Shown here one piece after another: positions 1-10,126 of a DNA stretch of 64,000 nucleotides; the first letter of the stretch is position 1, and every line of letters starts with the position of its first letter. The position numbers were made by a program, and so were the translations under genes. The stretch covers positions 134,518 through 198,517 of the forward strand of contig CDRNVI010000163.1 of NCBI GenBank assembly GCA_977017575.1. Direction: 5' to 3'. The notes under the pieces were generated by a model that did not search any database, was not told the DNA's origin, and saw only the letters and a list, made by a program, of their open reading frames with translations. The DNA is from Paramoeba atlantica. Its lineage: Eukaryota; Protista; Discosea.

Positions 1-817
1 CTGATACACGGATGTGAAGCTTTGTAGAAGGCACAATTTGTTGTTCTTTTGGGATTTGTGACAATTGGATGGTCACATTCTGAACGGACCATTCACCACG
101 AGAAACACTTGCGTGTGTTGGGGGAGTACCAAGAATAAAATCAATTCTGAAGTTTAATTGATCTTGAAAGTATTTGGCACTGGCTTGGACATCATGGACC
201 ATCAAGACAGGTTCGACATGAAAGAATTCAACCTCCTTTGTTGTATCATCATCATCATCATTGTCAATGATTTGTTGTTGTTGTTGTTGTTGTTGAAAGA
301 ATTCTGATTGACGCAACCCCCAAATCCCCATCACATGAGGCTCTTTCTCATGGTCAAATTGTTGAGGAAGACGTCCTTTAAAAGAAAATCCCAACTTTTG
401 TGCGACTCGCATAGATGGTTGGTTCCTCTCATCAATCCAAAGTTCAATCACTCGAACGTCAAGCTCTTTAAAAACATATCCCAAGACAGCTTTTGTCGCT
501 TCGACAACAAACCCTTTACCCCAATAATCAGGATGAAGAAGATATCCCATCCCTGGTACACGAAATTGACTGAAGAAATGGACTTGTCCAATCACAGTTT
601 CTTGGCCTTTCAGACGAATTCCCCAAAGTTTGGTTTTGTCAACACCGTAATCATGAAATTGCTTTTTTGTTTCAGCAACAGTTTCATGTTTTGGAGTGGA
701 CATAAAACGCATAACAAGATCGTTACTGTAGATGGAATGTAAATCTTCGATATCTCTTTCTTCCATTGGTTTTAAAACGAGACGTTCAGTTTCAAGAATT
801 TGCCCATTTTTTGCCAT
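1..817 (-). CDS. RimJ/RimL-type GNAT N-acetyltransferase fused to a C-terminal VOC (glyoxalase/bleomycin-resistance) domain; 3' end lies outside the window
   Basis: My own translation from ATG 817 is open to position 1 with no intron. It reads MAKNGQILETERLVLKPMERRD...MGYLLHPDYWGKGFVVEATKAVL...NQPSMRVAQKLGF (GNAT motifs), then a Q7/D5 linker, then EPVLMVHDVQASAKYFQDQLNFRIDF (VOC start). It is absent from the ORF track because no stop codon falls in the window. Confidence 0.85.
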   Translation of the reverse strand, partial: MAKNGQILETERLVLKPMEERDIEDLHSIYSNDLVMRFMSTPKHETVAETKKQFHDYGVDKTKLWGIRLKGQETVIGQVHFFSQFRVPGMGYLLHPDYWGKGFVVEATKAVLGYVFKELDVRVIELWIDERNQPSMRVAQKLGFSFKGRLPQQFDHEKEPHVMGIWGLRQSEFFQQQQQQQQIIDNDDDDDTTKEVEFFHVEPVLMVHDVQASAKYFQDQLNFRIDFILGTPPTHASVSRGEWSVQNVTIQLSQIPKEQQIVPSTKLHIRVS

Positions 818-952
818 ATCTCTCAGCAGCGAGACCCCAAAAAGAAAGAAAGAAAAGAACCGTCGGCAACTGTCGAAAAAGTCGAAAACCGCAACGAAAG
901 AAAAATCTGGGGATCTAATTTTAGCATTTTTTTTTTATTCCTTTGTTTCAAA

Positions 953-3870
953 TCATTCTTCTCCTTCATATCGTTTTGCTGGTTTGAGAACAACATGTTT
1001 TTCAGAGTCAAGAACCAAATTTTCTGGTCTCTCTAGTGAACCCAAGTTCTTTCTTGTTCGCAACTCTTCTAACGTTTCTTGAAACTGATCTCTTGAATTT
1101 CCCCATTCTCGATCAGCCACATCTTCCCACAAGACATCAACAATTTGATAATCTATCACCCCATACAATTGACGGAGTTCTGAGTAAATCCCCAACAATC
1201 GAATACATCTCCCATGCCCAACCAAAACAGTCCCTCCTCTAGGTGGGTCATTTTGCTTGCGAATCTCACAAGTTGCTCCTCTCTTTTTAAATGCACTCAC
1301 TACAGCCTCAACTGCAAAGGAGGAGCAAATAATTTCCATTTGATAAACAGGTTCAGCCAAACTAGGACTACTTCGCAAGAACAACCCATAAAAAACCTTT
1401 CGAGCAGTCGGGATAATCTGTCCTCCACCTCGGTGAATTGCATCCGAATGCAAAACCACCTTTGTAATGCGAAAGACGAGACCTCTCATTGGTTCATGAC
1501 CAAGAGGCCCCTCTAACATGGCCCACCGAAATGCTGCAAGGATTGAGTCTCGGACCTCTCGAATTGGTTGGGACTCTTCGATATCACAAATCAATAAATT
1601 ACCGTTTGTATGAGCCCAAATTGCGTTTTGGTTTGGTGCATACACCCCCCCCAGCTGCTCCAACTTCTTTTTCCATTCATTCAAACCTATCCTTTTTTCT
1701 TCTTCTTCTCTCTCAGCTCTTTCCAGCATCCTAATCACATTTTCGGGTAATCGGTCTACTTCCATTTCGATCAAGTTATGTCTGTTGGAGGATTTCGCAT
1801 AGCACGGGGATGAACACCCATTGATAATCTCTCGATATTCAAGAACCAAAGGAGAGATTTCAATATCAAAAGTGCTGTTCTCTTGCATAAAGGTTAGAGC
1901 CTTTTGAAGACTCTCTTCAGATCTTGCAGAGATGCTATTTTCCATTGTTTGTTCCCACTTGACCATTGGGAAACATCGGGCACCGTTTCGAAATAAGTCC
2001 ATGAATTTTGCCAAATCGCTTGGGGAAGGCACATCCAGAAATCTAGAAACAACTCTTGGAAGCTTTGGGGGTTGAGGCGGGGAGAAAAAAGAATTTGAAC
2101 AATTTGGAGAATCACTAATTATTCCTGTGAAAGGAGAAAGAATGAAAAAGAGAGAAATTAATTTTTTTTTTAAAGAAAAATAATAAAAAAATCAAACCCT
2201 GGACCGATCCTTTGAAAAGAAAAATTTGACCAGCAAAAACCATTCCAATCTCCTCAGGAGAGCTTTTCTCACACACATGAAGTGAAAAAGAACTGTTCTT
2301 CATCTTTTCATTATTAATAAAAAGAGAAGAGGGGTTCGGCAGTGTTGAAGAAAGCTCACCACAAAAAATCCGAGATAATTGAAAGATTGGGGATCTTTTT
2401 GTACACAAAGAGACAAAAGAGCGAGCTAATAATGGTCCCTTTGTTTCACAAGCTCGAATTGCCTGTTTTTTTTTTTTGTTATTATTTTTTTACTTTTGAA
2501 ATTCAAAGAGGGTTGTTTGAAAATGGTTTTGTATTTTTGTGTTTCTATTTCTCTTGATGTGGTGGGATGATCAAATTTTAATTTTCAAGGGGAGGATTCT
2601 GATTGACAATAAAATTTGTACAATAACAAAAGAAAAAGAATAATAAAAAGAAGTAAACCTGAGTCTTTTCATCATCTGGGGGACCATTATACAAAATCTC
2701 ACACCGATATCTTTGCGCAACGGAGGGAGGAGGAATGTAAAGAGTAATGGACGTCAAGATCGCATTCCCAATAGGCATAAACTCACTCAACATCACCTCT
2801 TTCTTCTCAGGGAATGTGAGAGAGAAAGCTTTTATCCCTTGTTCAATGGCTGGTTTATCTTTTGCTTTGATTGCATTGGAAAGAGATTGTAATGGCTCCA
2901 AAATAAATTCTACAAAACCTCTTTTTCCTTGAGTCTCCTTGGACCGGGGTTCCCATTCACTTGTCTCTTCATTGTATGAGAAATTTCCCCACAAAAGCTT
3001 TTTCAAGTTCTTTTCTTTGAGTTTAAATTTGTTTTCATAAACGTGGACAAATCTATCGAGAGAGAAACCCCAATTCTGTGTAAGAGAACCAAAGAGAACA
3101 TTTCCCTTTAAGGGAGAGAAGTGAAGATGTTCCCCCCAATTTGCAAGAATCCCTTCTTCTCTTGCTTGCTCAATTACTTGGTTCAATTCTTGGATGATTG
3201 AGAATATCATTTTGTATCCATTTTCAAGAGAAGAAGGAGAAAGAGAGAAAAGTTGGTCAATGTTGTTAATGAAGAGGATGGGGATCACTCTTTGGTAAAG
3301 AGATTGAAACAAAGAAGATTTGAGTGTCTGGAGAAAAGAAGCGGAAGGCTGGGAAGAAGAAGAGGGAGAAGAGGAGGAGGGAGAAGACAAAGGAGAAGAA
3401 GAAGAAGAAGAAGAAGAAGAAGAAAAAGAAAAGGTTGGTGATGCGATTAAAAAAGCACCATCAACAAGTGGTAAGAGAGAAGGAAGATCATCTTGTTCCA
3501 TTGGATGAACTGCTGTGATTAAAATTGGGTCTGTGCTTTCCTTCTCTTCTCTTTCTTCTTCTCCTTCTTCTTCTCTTTCTTCTTCTTTTTCTTTTTCTAC
3601 TTCTTTTTTCTCTCCCCCCAAAAAAGAAAGAGAAGAAATCCCCTTGCCACCAATCTCCAAAGGGCCTTCAAAAACAAAAGAAGAAGGGGAATGAAAAACA
3701 TGATCAGTCCCAAGATCACCATCATCCCATCTTCTCTCCAACACGATCGGATATCGGTTCCTTTTCCATCTCCAAAATTGAAATGGGAAGAGAGAAAAAT
3801 CTTCTTCTTCTTTTTGTTCTTTGAGAATGATTATATTTCTCAGTTGCTCAGGTTTGTTGAAATCCTTCAT
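953..3870 (-). CDS. Elongation factor 2 (eEF2) paralog with degenerate G domain, about 882 aa; join(3870..2659,2462..2198,2124..953)
   Basis: Colinear with eEF2 throughout: AQRYRCEILYNGPPDDEKTQ|AIRACETKGPLL, FAFRW-like AFRWAMLEGPLGHEPMRG, LHSDAIHRGGGQIIPTARK and LAEPVY. Two GT-AG introns (2658..2463 and 2197..2125) restore the frame. The G1, G3 and G4 motifs are replaced. Confidence 0.9.
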
Positions 3871-4039
3871 TTTCTGTTGAGAGAGAAAAAGGAGAAAACA
3901 ATCGTTCAACACCTCTCACCAAGAGAAAAAAGGGAAAAAAAGAAGAGAAAAACGGTGTCAGCTTTTTTTTTTTCTTTTTCTTTATTTTACAACTAATCTA
4001 CAATGTCAATGGAGAATGTTTTTCATCTTTTCGTTCGGT

Positions 4040-4753
4040 CTATTTGGCCAGAACGATACTCAAAAGGGAGAGAGGGAGGGTGAGAATTTGTCCCCTCTTT
4101 CTTCCTTGACTGACTTTTACTTGGAACCACCACTGCCATTCGCCATGGGTTTCGGAATAGACACGGGTCTGTGAGGAAACAAATCCATACTCAAAGTCAC
4201 TTTGTTGTGGACAGAAGGACAAATCTCCCCCACCATTCGCTCTTTCCACCTCTTTCGAAAGATTTTGTTCGGTTGAAAGGCGTTCGATGTTTCTCACTGG
4301 GATTACGAAGTCGCCCTCCCCGATCTGGTCCGCCCAACAAACACGTCGCAGAAGTCGGATTTCTTTTGTGGGAAAAGTAGACGACTTCTGGTTTTCAAAG
4401 AGTAAACTGATTTTGTTGGTATTTGACCAAAGGACAATTCCTAAGTTCCCTTTTGGGCACTTCACAACACTTCCTGGGCAATAAGAGGTGTGTAAATTTT
4501 CGGAATCTCGTTGTTCGTCAAGCTCCAAAAGGTCCACAGAAATATTAAACTTTTGAAGAGGCCCATAGATCCCAGTCGATAAGAAGACAGTCACAATTTC
4601 TTTTCCTTTGGGAGAGAAACGGGTCCAAGATGCAGTTAAACAGTCATTCGGTGTTACCCCACTCGCAATCCTTTTGGTCACACGAACATACGAACCGAAG
4701 GGGAATCTTGGAGTAGAGGGAGTGGTCATTTCATCAACTTGTTGCTGAAACAT
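4040..4753 (-). CDS. Hypothetical protein, 237 aa, intronless, possibly repeated small beta-barrel (KOW/SH3-like) modules
   Basis: ATG-started ORF with normal coding composition. Recurrent patterns such as FPFGSYVRV, YCPGSVVKCPKGNLGIV and GEGDFVIPV suggest barrels. The fold call is inference. Confidence 0.6.
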   Translation of the reverse strand: MFQQQVDEMTTPSTPRFPFGSYVRVTKRIASGVTPNDCLTASWTRFSPKGKEIVTVFLSTGIYGPLQKFNISVDLLELDEQRDSENLHTSYCPGSVVKCPKGNLGIVLWSNTNKISLLFENQKSSTFPTKEIRLLRRVCWADQIGEGDFVIPVRNIERLSTEQNLSKEVERANGGGDLSFCPQQSDFEYGFVSSQTRVYSETHGEWQWWFQVKVSQGRKRGQILTLPLSLLSIVLAK

Positions 4754-5420
4754 TTTTTTTCAAACTGAAATATTCTTGGGAAATTTTGTAATTCTCTTTC
4801 TTTTGACTTCATTTTTGTAAAACAAGTTTGACATTTGACATTGAGGATGACAAATTTCGAGAAGTTTGACAAATATTCTATAAAAGGAATTCAGGGAAAA
4901 AAGAAAATCAACCCAAAACAGGAAAATCAGCATCATTTCTTTGTTTTTCGAATTTTGTCCTGAGAACGAACGTAGGGAAAGGCAGAGAAAAGACAAACTT
5001 GTCAACTTTCTCCCAATTTAATCTTTTTTCCTTCCAAGAATCTCCCAATCTTTTTAATATCTATCGAAGATAAGAAAGATCCCAGAAAGACTCCATTTTC
5101 TCAAAAAGATAGAGAAGAGAGAGAGGGGGGTAAATAGAAGTTACAGGATGATATTATTGTTTTGTGATATTTTGATGAAAACAGAAAACATTCAAAGATT
5201 TGAAAGTAAACTTTTTGCCAATACAAGAAAAGGAAATCATCACCAAAACTTTGTTTGCGGAAAACCTTTGGTCCTGTTTCGTTTTCCGTGTTTTTTTGTG
5301 TTTTAAACTCGAACCAATTTCAGAGAAAAAAATTCTTCTCACGCAGAGAAACACCAGCAAAGTTTTTTCGAATTTTCTTTTTTTTTTGTTGAGGAATTGA
5401 ACTTTTCGTTTTGTTGAGTC

Positions 5421-6596
5421 ATGGGGTGTGGTTCGAGTCACAATGTCGATGAATCTGCATACAACAAGAACAAGCAAATCAACCGATACTTGAAAGAGAG
5501 CAGCCAACCCAACATTTCAGGAAACATCCGCCTTATGATGCTGGGCCACGAACAAAGTGGAAAAACCACTTTTTGTCAACAGTTGAGAGTGTTATACAGT
5601 GAGGAACCATTCTCCAAGGATGAAAAAGAAGTCTATCGTGATCTCATCCACGCCAAAATCGTCTCTGCCCTCACGGGACTCTGCCGTAAAGTGTTGAACA
5701 GCAAGTCCTTTGAATTGCAGGGAGAGAGTAAATTGAGGATAATGAATTTCAAAGAGAAATATTTCAATTTGAGCCCGTCTTTCAGTCTCACCATACATGC
5801 TCGCAAGATGGGGTATAGTCGGACAAGTTACGATGATCTTCGAAATCCTCGCCCAATGTTTTTGATGAATGAGCAGATGATAAAAGATATTCTCTCACTT
5901 TGGAAGGATCCAGTCATTCAAGAATCTTGGCAACACACCACGCTCGATAGCGACGAGCTGATCCCCCCTATTTTGGGATACTTCATGGACCATTTTCATC
6001 GAATCACAATGGTGGAAGAGGACGAGGAGAAAACCATCTCTTACATCCCAACAACAGAAGATATTTTACACTGTGGGTTGAACACCCAAATTATTGAACA
6101 GTTCATTTTCCAAATTGACGACCACACCTTTGACATATACGAGTTTGGAGGAATCAAACCAAGAGCACCAGAGCGAGATATCTTCGAACATATGGCTAAC
6201 GCAGCTCTTATTCTCTATTTTCTCTCTATGGACACGTATGGCGAAGATAATTCTGAGGGAAACGTGTTTGCCTCCAGACTCGAGCACCTCGACGAATTTA
6301 AAAAGTGCAAACGATTCCACAACACCAAAATCATCCTCTTTCTCTCCAAGTGTGATGTTTTTCGAAAAATCATCGAAGATAAACCCCTTTCCTCTGTATT
6401 TCCCAAGTTTAAGGGGAAGGATACATACGAGGGAGCGATCGAGTTTGTGAAAGAGAAGGTGAGAGAGACCGTGGGAGAGAGAGTGGTGTTTGTGATCGAG
6501 ACGAATTGCATGGATGTTGGGGATGTGAAGTATGGTTTTGAGAGTGTGCTGGGCACTCTACGTCATTTCACCACCATCAAACCTGCTGTTTATTAG
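5421..6596 (+). CDS. Heterotrimeric G-protein alpha subunit, atypical, 391 aa, intronless
   Basis: N-terminal MGCGSS (myristoylation/palmitoylation), P-loop LGHEQSGKTTF, helical domain with LWKDPVIQE and YFMDHFHRI, G4-like LFLSKCDVF, and C-terminal TNCMDVGDVKYGFESV. Confidence 0.92.
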   Translation: MGCGSSHNVDESAYNKNKQINRYLKESSQPNISGNIRLMMLGHEQSGKTTFCQQLRVLYSEEPFSKDEKEVYRDLIHAKIVSALTGLCRKVLNSKSFELQGESKLRIMNFKEKYFNLSPSFSLTIHARKMGYSRTSYDDLRNPRPMFLMNEQMIKDILSLWKDPVIQESWQHTTLDSDELIPPILGYFMDHFHRITMVEEDEEKTISYIPTTEDILHCGLNTQIIEQFIFQIDDHTFDIYEFGGIKPRAPERDIFEHMANAALILYFLSMDTYGEDNSEGNVFASRLEHLDEFKKCKRFHNTKIILFLSKCDVFRKIIEDKPLSSVFPKFKGKDTYEGAIEFVKEKVRETVGERVVFVIETNCMDVGDVKYGFESVLGTLRHFTTIKPAVY

Positions 6597-7050
6597 TACT
6601 AGATTCTCTCAGAGTGTGAGAAGAAAAACAGAAACTCCCAATAATCTTTTTTTCCTCCCAAGAGTCTCCCAATTTTTTTTTCTGCCAATCTTTTTTCTTT
6701 CAGCCAATCTTTTTTTCTCTTCAGTTTTTCTGCGATTGGAGCCTCGTCCCAAACAATTAAGTCTGTTTGTTGGATTATTTTTGCTAGATCTGATCGAGGT
6801 ATGAAAATACAGACATCCGAGTTTGAGGGGTGAATTGGAATCTTTTTAGTTCACCGATCTATACTGCTCCTCCATTAATTTACTCGAGATGAGTTAGAAC
6901 GTGAGCTCTTCCAAAAAAGAACCATCCCAAAACCTCCAACCACAATTACAACAACAAATGAACCACCAAAAAAAAAAAGAAGGAGGAAGAAGAAGAATGA
7001 AAAAAAAAAAAAAAAAAGAGGAAAAAGAGGAAGATACAATATTTTTTTTT

Positions 7051-9339
7051 TTATTTTTTCAATTTTTTGCTTGATTGTTTTCCACAATTATCACAATGCT
7101 TTCGAAAACATTTCTCATAAGAAAACCCAACCGAACAATGCGGACACTGCATCTTTTTTCTCTTCTTTGCCTCTTCTGGTGGATTTTCTTCACTCTTTTC
7201 TTCTTTCTCCTTTTCCTTTCCTCTTCTCTTCTCTTGTTTATTTTTTAAAACCACTTTGTTCAAAGCAGCATTTTCTGAGGTGAAAAGAACAGGTGACACA
7301 TGAAGAGGATGGAACGGGGTCCCATATGCAAGAAGTTTGCTGCTTGATAATCGCAACTCCGAAAATTGAGCATTGTCTTCCTCATCGCCTTCTTCTCCAT
7401 GAGCCTTGAGATGAGGCAACAAACCGGATTCACGATTCGAAAATGTCCTTGGACAGAAAGGACAAAAGAATTCTGGTGCCATTTTTTTGTTCTTCTGTAA
7501 CAACATAAGAAATGGAATCACTTCTGTGCTCTTATGAACAACACTAGCTGATTGACTCTTCTCCCACACCATTGGCAAAACACCATCTTTAACAGCTTGC
7601 AGAGCCAAAATCCCTGCTTCACCATGAGAGCAATTTTTGCTTCGTCCAATTTCGCACTAATAAACCAATCAAAATTAATGATTTCATTTAATTCATTTTT
7701 CAAAAAAAAAAATGAAAAATCTCACACCGTACATTCACCTTGTTCAATTTGACCTTTTCTGGGAATCACCATCGCAGAATGACAAGGGGGTTGGGTGAAC
7801 AGTTGGGCAAACTGAAAAAACAATCTGAAAGTAACCAACCTCTGTTTTGGAAGACCAAAATTGAACCTTTGAGATAAACCCAGAAGAGAAAAGGCGCATT
7901 GCTCGTGTTCGTGGGTACAAAGGAAGCTTGGTACTTTCGCTCTCTGGAACTCGATCAAAAAGGGTGTTTTTTTGTTCGAAATCATTTCTTTGTTCCTCAT
8001 GAAATTTCACTGATGACGGAGTTGATAAAAAGTTATAAAAATTCTCTTGAAGCTGTTTCTATTCAAAGATTTTTTTTAATTTTTTTTTTTTGAGAGAAAA
8101 CTAAAAATAAAAAACAACCTCCCAATCTATTGGAATAGCATCTAACAACCCTTTAAAGAGATCTTTTACTTTCTCGAAAGAGTGTGGAGATGATAAGAGT
8201 GGTGGTGGTAGTAGTGAAGGGGGTGAAAGAGGAGAATATCGTTTAAAGAGATCGCAAGCATGCTTTTTAATAACATCACTGAGATCAACTTTCTCTTGGA
8301 GTTCAAAAGGTGTAAAAGTCTGACGATTGGCCAAGGCATATGCAATATCAAGAGCAACTTCGCCATGGAGGATGTCATGTCTAGTCCAGTCACTCTTCCG
8401 ACCAACATTCTTCTGTGCAGCATGATGTCTGCATTCAACTTGTGCTCGAGCTTTTTGTTGTAAAAAATCATGTTTAACTTGAGATGCCAAATACTGTTTT
8501 CTACCACAAAGATTGTGTGGTGTTTCAAAAGAGAGCAAGTCTTCACACACCTCCTGATCTTTCTTTGTTTTAAAGAAAACTTCACGTATATCAAATCGGC
8601 TGCCACCACGATCGAAAATAACAACAATTCCAGCAACATTCTCACACAAAGTACAAGACTCAGTGAAGTAGGGACACTTCTTCAGCGTCTCAATTTCTTC
8701 ACTTGCTCCACCAAGAAGTGGGCTTCGATATAAAAAATACCCATCAGGTGCTGTGAAAGCTCCGAGTTTCACCGTATGAAATTTCTTGAGTTTGGAACTA
8801 TAGAGAATATTCGTGAGATGAAGGTTTGACCAAGGGTGGTTGGACACAATTATTTCCTTTGGATCAGAGAGGAGACAGAGAACTACTTGGTCCTTTCCGT
8901 ATTTTTCTTCAAGAAAGATTTTCAGATCATGTGGAGTGTGTTTCTCAAAGATTTCCTGAGGAGAAAGAAGACGAAAATAATACGGCACCCAAAGAGCAGA
9001 AACAAGAAATCCACCATTCTGAACGAGAGTCCGAACCTGGGTTGCAGAACCAACAGGGTAGTCAACAGAAATTTTTTCATAACCCACACCCCCAACATAA
9101 TAGAGAAAGACTAAAAAAAACTCGATCACAGGGGGCACACCACCAGAATTGTTGCGCTGGTGATGGGAGTTAGAAGAAGTCCTAAAAATTGGTAAGAGGA
9201 TGTCTTGGTTCAAGGGTTCATGGCGTCTCATAAAATAATTCCATTGTTCTTCTGTGACAAGAGTCTGAAAATCAAATGCCAGATCTTCTGGAGTTGAAAA
9301 ACCACACATTCCTCGAAAAACTCGGCGGTGAACCTCCAT
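7051..9339 (-). mobile_element. DDE_Tnp_4 (Harbinger/ISL2EU-like) transposase-derived gene spliced to SWIM and C2H2 zinc fingers; join(9339..8119,8058..7728,7656..7051) with an apparent +1 frameshift near 7786-7790
   Basis: HTH-like FLVFLYYVGGVGYEKISVDYPVG. Putative catalytic D (SDPKE, 8863-8865), D (FDRGG, 8611-8613) and E (QVECR, 8434-8436), plus HTVKLGAFTAPDG. GT-AG introns 8118..8059 and 7727..7657 give in-frame GECT|CEIGRSKNCSH (SWIM), followed by CPFCPRTF...LLPHLKAH and CPHCSVGF...FRKH. No terminal inverted repeats were recognised. Confidence 0.75.
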
Positions 9340-9403
9340 CTGAGATTTTGAGGAAAACGAAGCGATCCCGAAAATTTGGAGAGACCAAAACGGCGCAATT
9401 TTT

Positions 9404-10126
9404 TTGGCGAATTCATCCAAAATAAAACCTGAGACCTTCTTACAACAGATTGATGAAGCCGCAAGAGAAGCTTTCAATAAATGGAGAAAAGATGGCCTCC
9501 CAGCTGAAATAGAAAAATCAAACATTAATAACCTTTGGTACGCCCAAAAACTACTTAAAAAACTCAGAAACAGCAAAAAAATCTTCAAAAACAAAGTCAG
9601 CAAAAGAATTCATGAAAACCTGCAAGACAAATATAGAGACCTCCCACAATACAGACGAAGGATAAAACTCCTCCCAGAGTTCATAGAACAAACCAAAGAA
9701 ATAATTGAAGATACAATAAGCACAATCGGGTGCCCGATCAATCTTCCAAAGGAAATAGCAACTGGAATCACCAATCCATATTTAAAAAAACCAAACACAC
9801 AGAAACTCAGACTACTAAACCCAGAAACTAAAATGGAGGAAAAAGACCCAAACAAAGTCGCTCAACAACTGGGAAATTTCTGGGAAGGAATCTTTGGAAA
9901 GGAAAGACCAAATTCCCAAAAAAAAATGGAAGAACTCCTCGAAGACTACCCCGAAATTTCTCAAGAAGATGATTTTACAATTGACCCCAAACTTGTAACA
10001 AAAATAATCTCCAAAACAAATAGAACTGGCTCAGGACCAAATGGAATTCCTTTTTCATACTACAAAGCTATGCATGACGAATTCCCAAGTTTCTGGCCTG
10101 ATTTCATTGAGGCGGCAATCAGTTGA
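9404..10126 (+). mobile_element. Non-LTR retrotransposon (LINE) ORF2 fragment: endonuclease-RT linker to start of RT, truncated at both ends
   Basis: Contains KVAQQLGNFWEGIFG and KTNRTGSGPNGIPFSYYKAM, the SPGPDG-type motif before the RT core. The segment is A-rich and stops at 10126 without RT core motifs. Confidence 0.75.

Noticed and set aside
308-742. 144-aa plus-strand ORF
   Set aside because: Antisense shadow of the GNAT-VOC gene, with no recognisable motifs.
9340-9603. First 88 codons of track ORF 8101..9603
   Set aside because: These are the antisense of the LINE fragment plus promoter-like DNA. The plausible start is ATG 9339.
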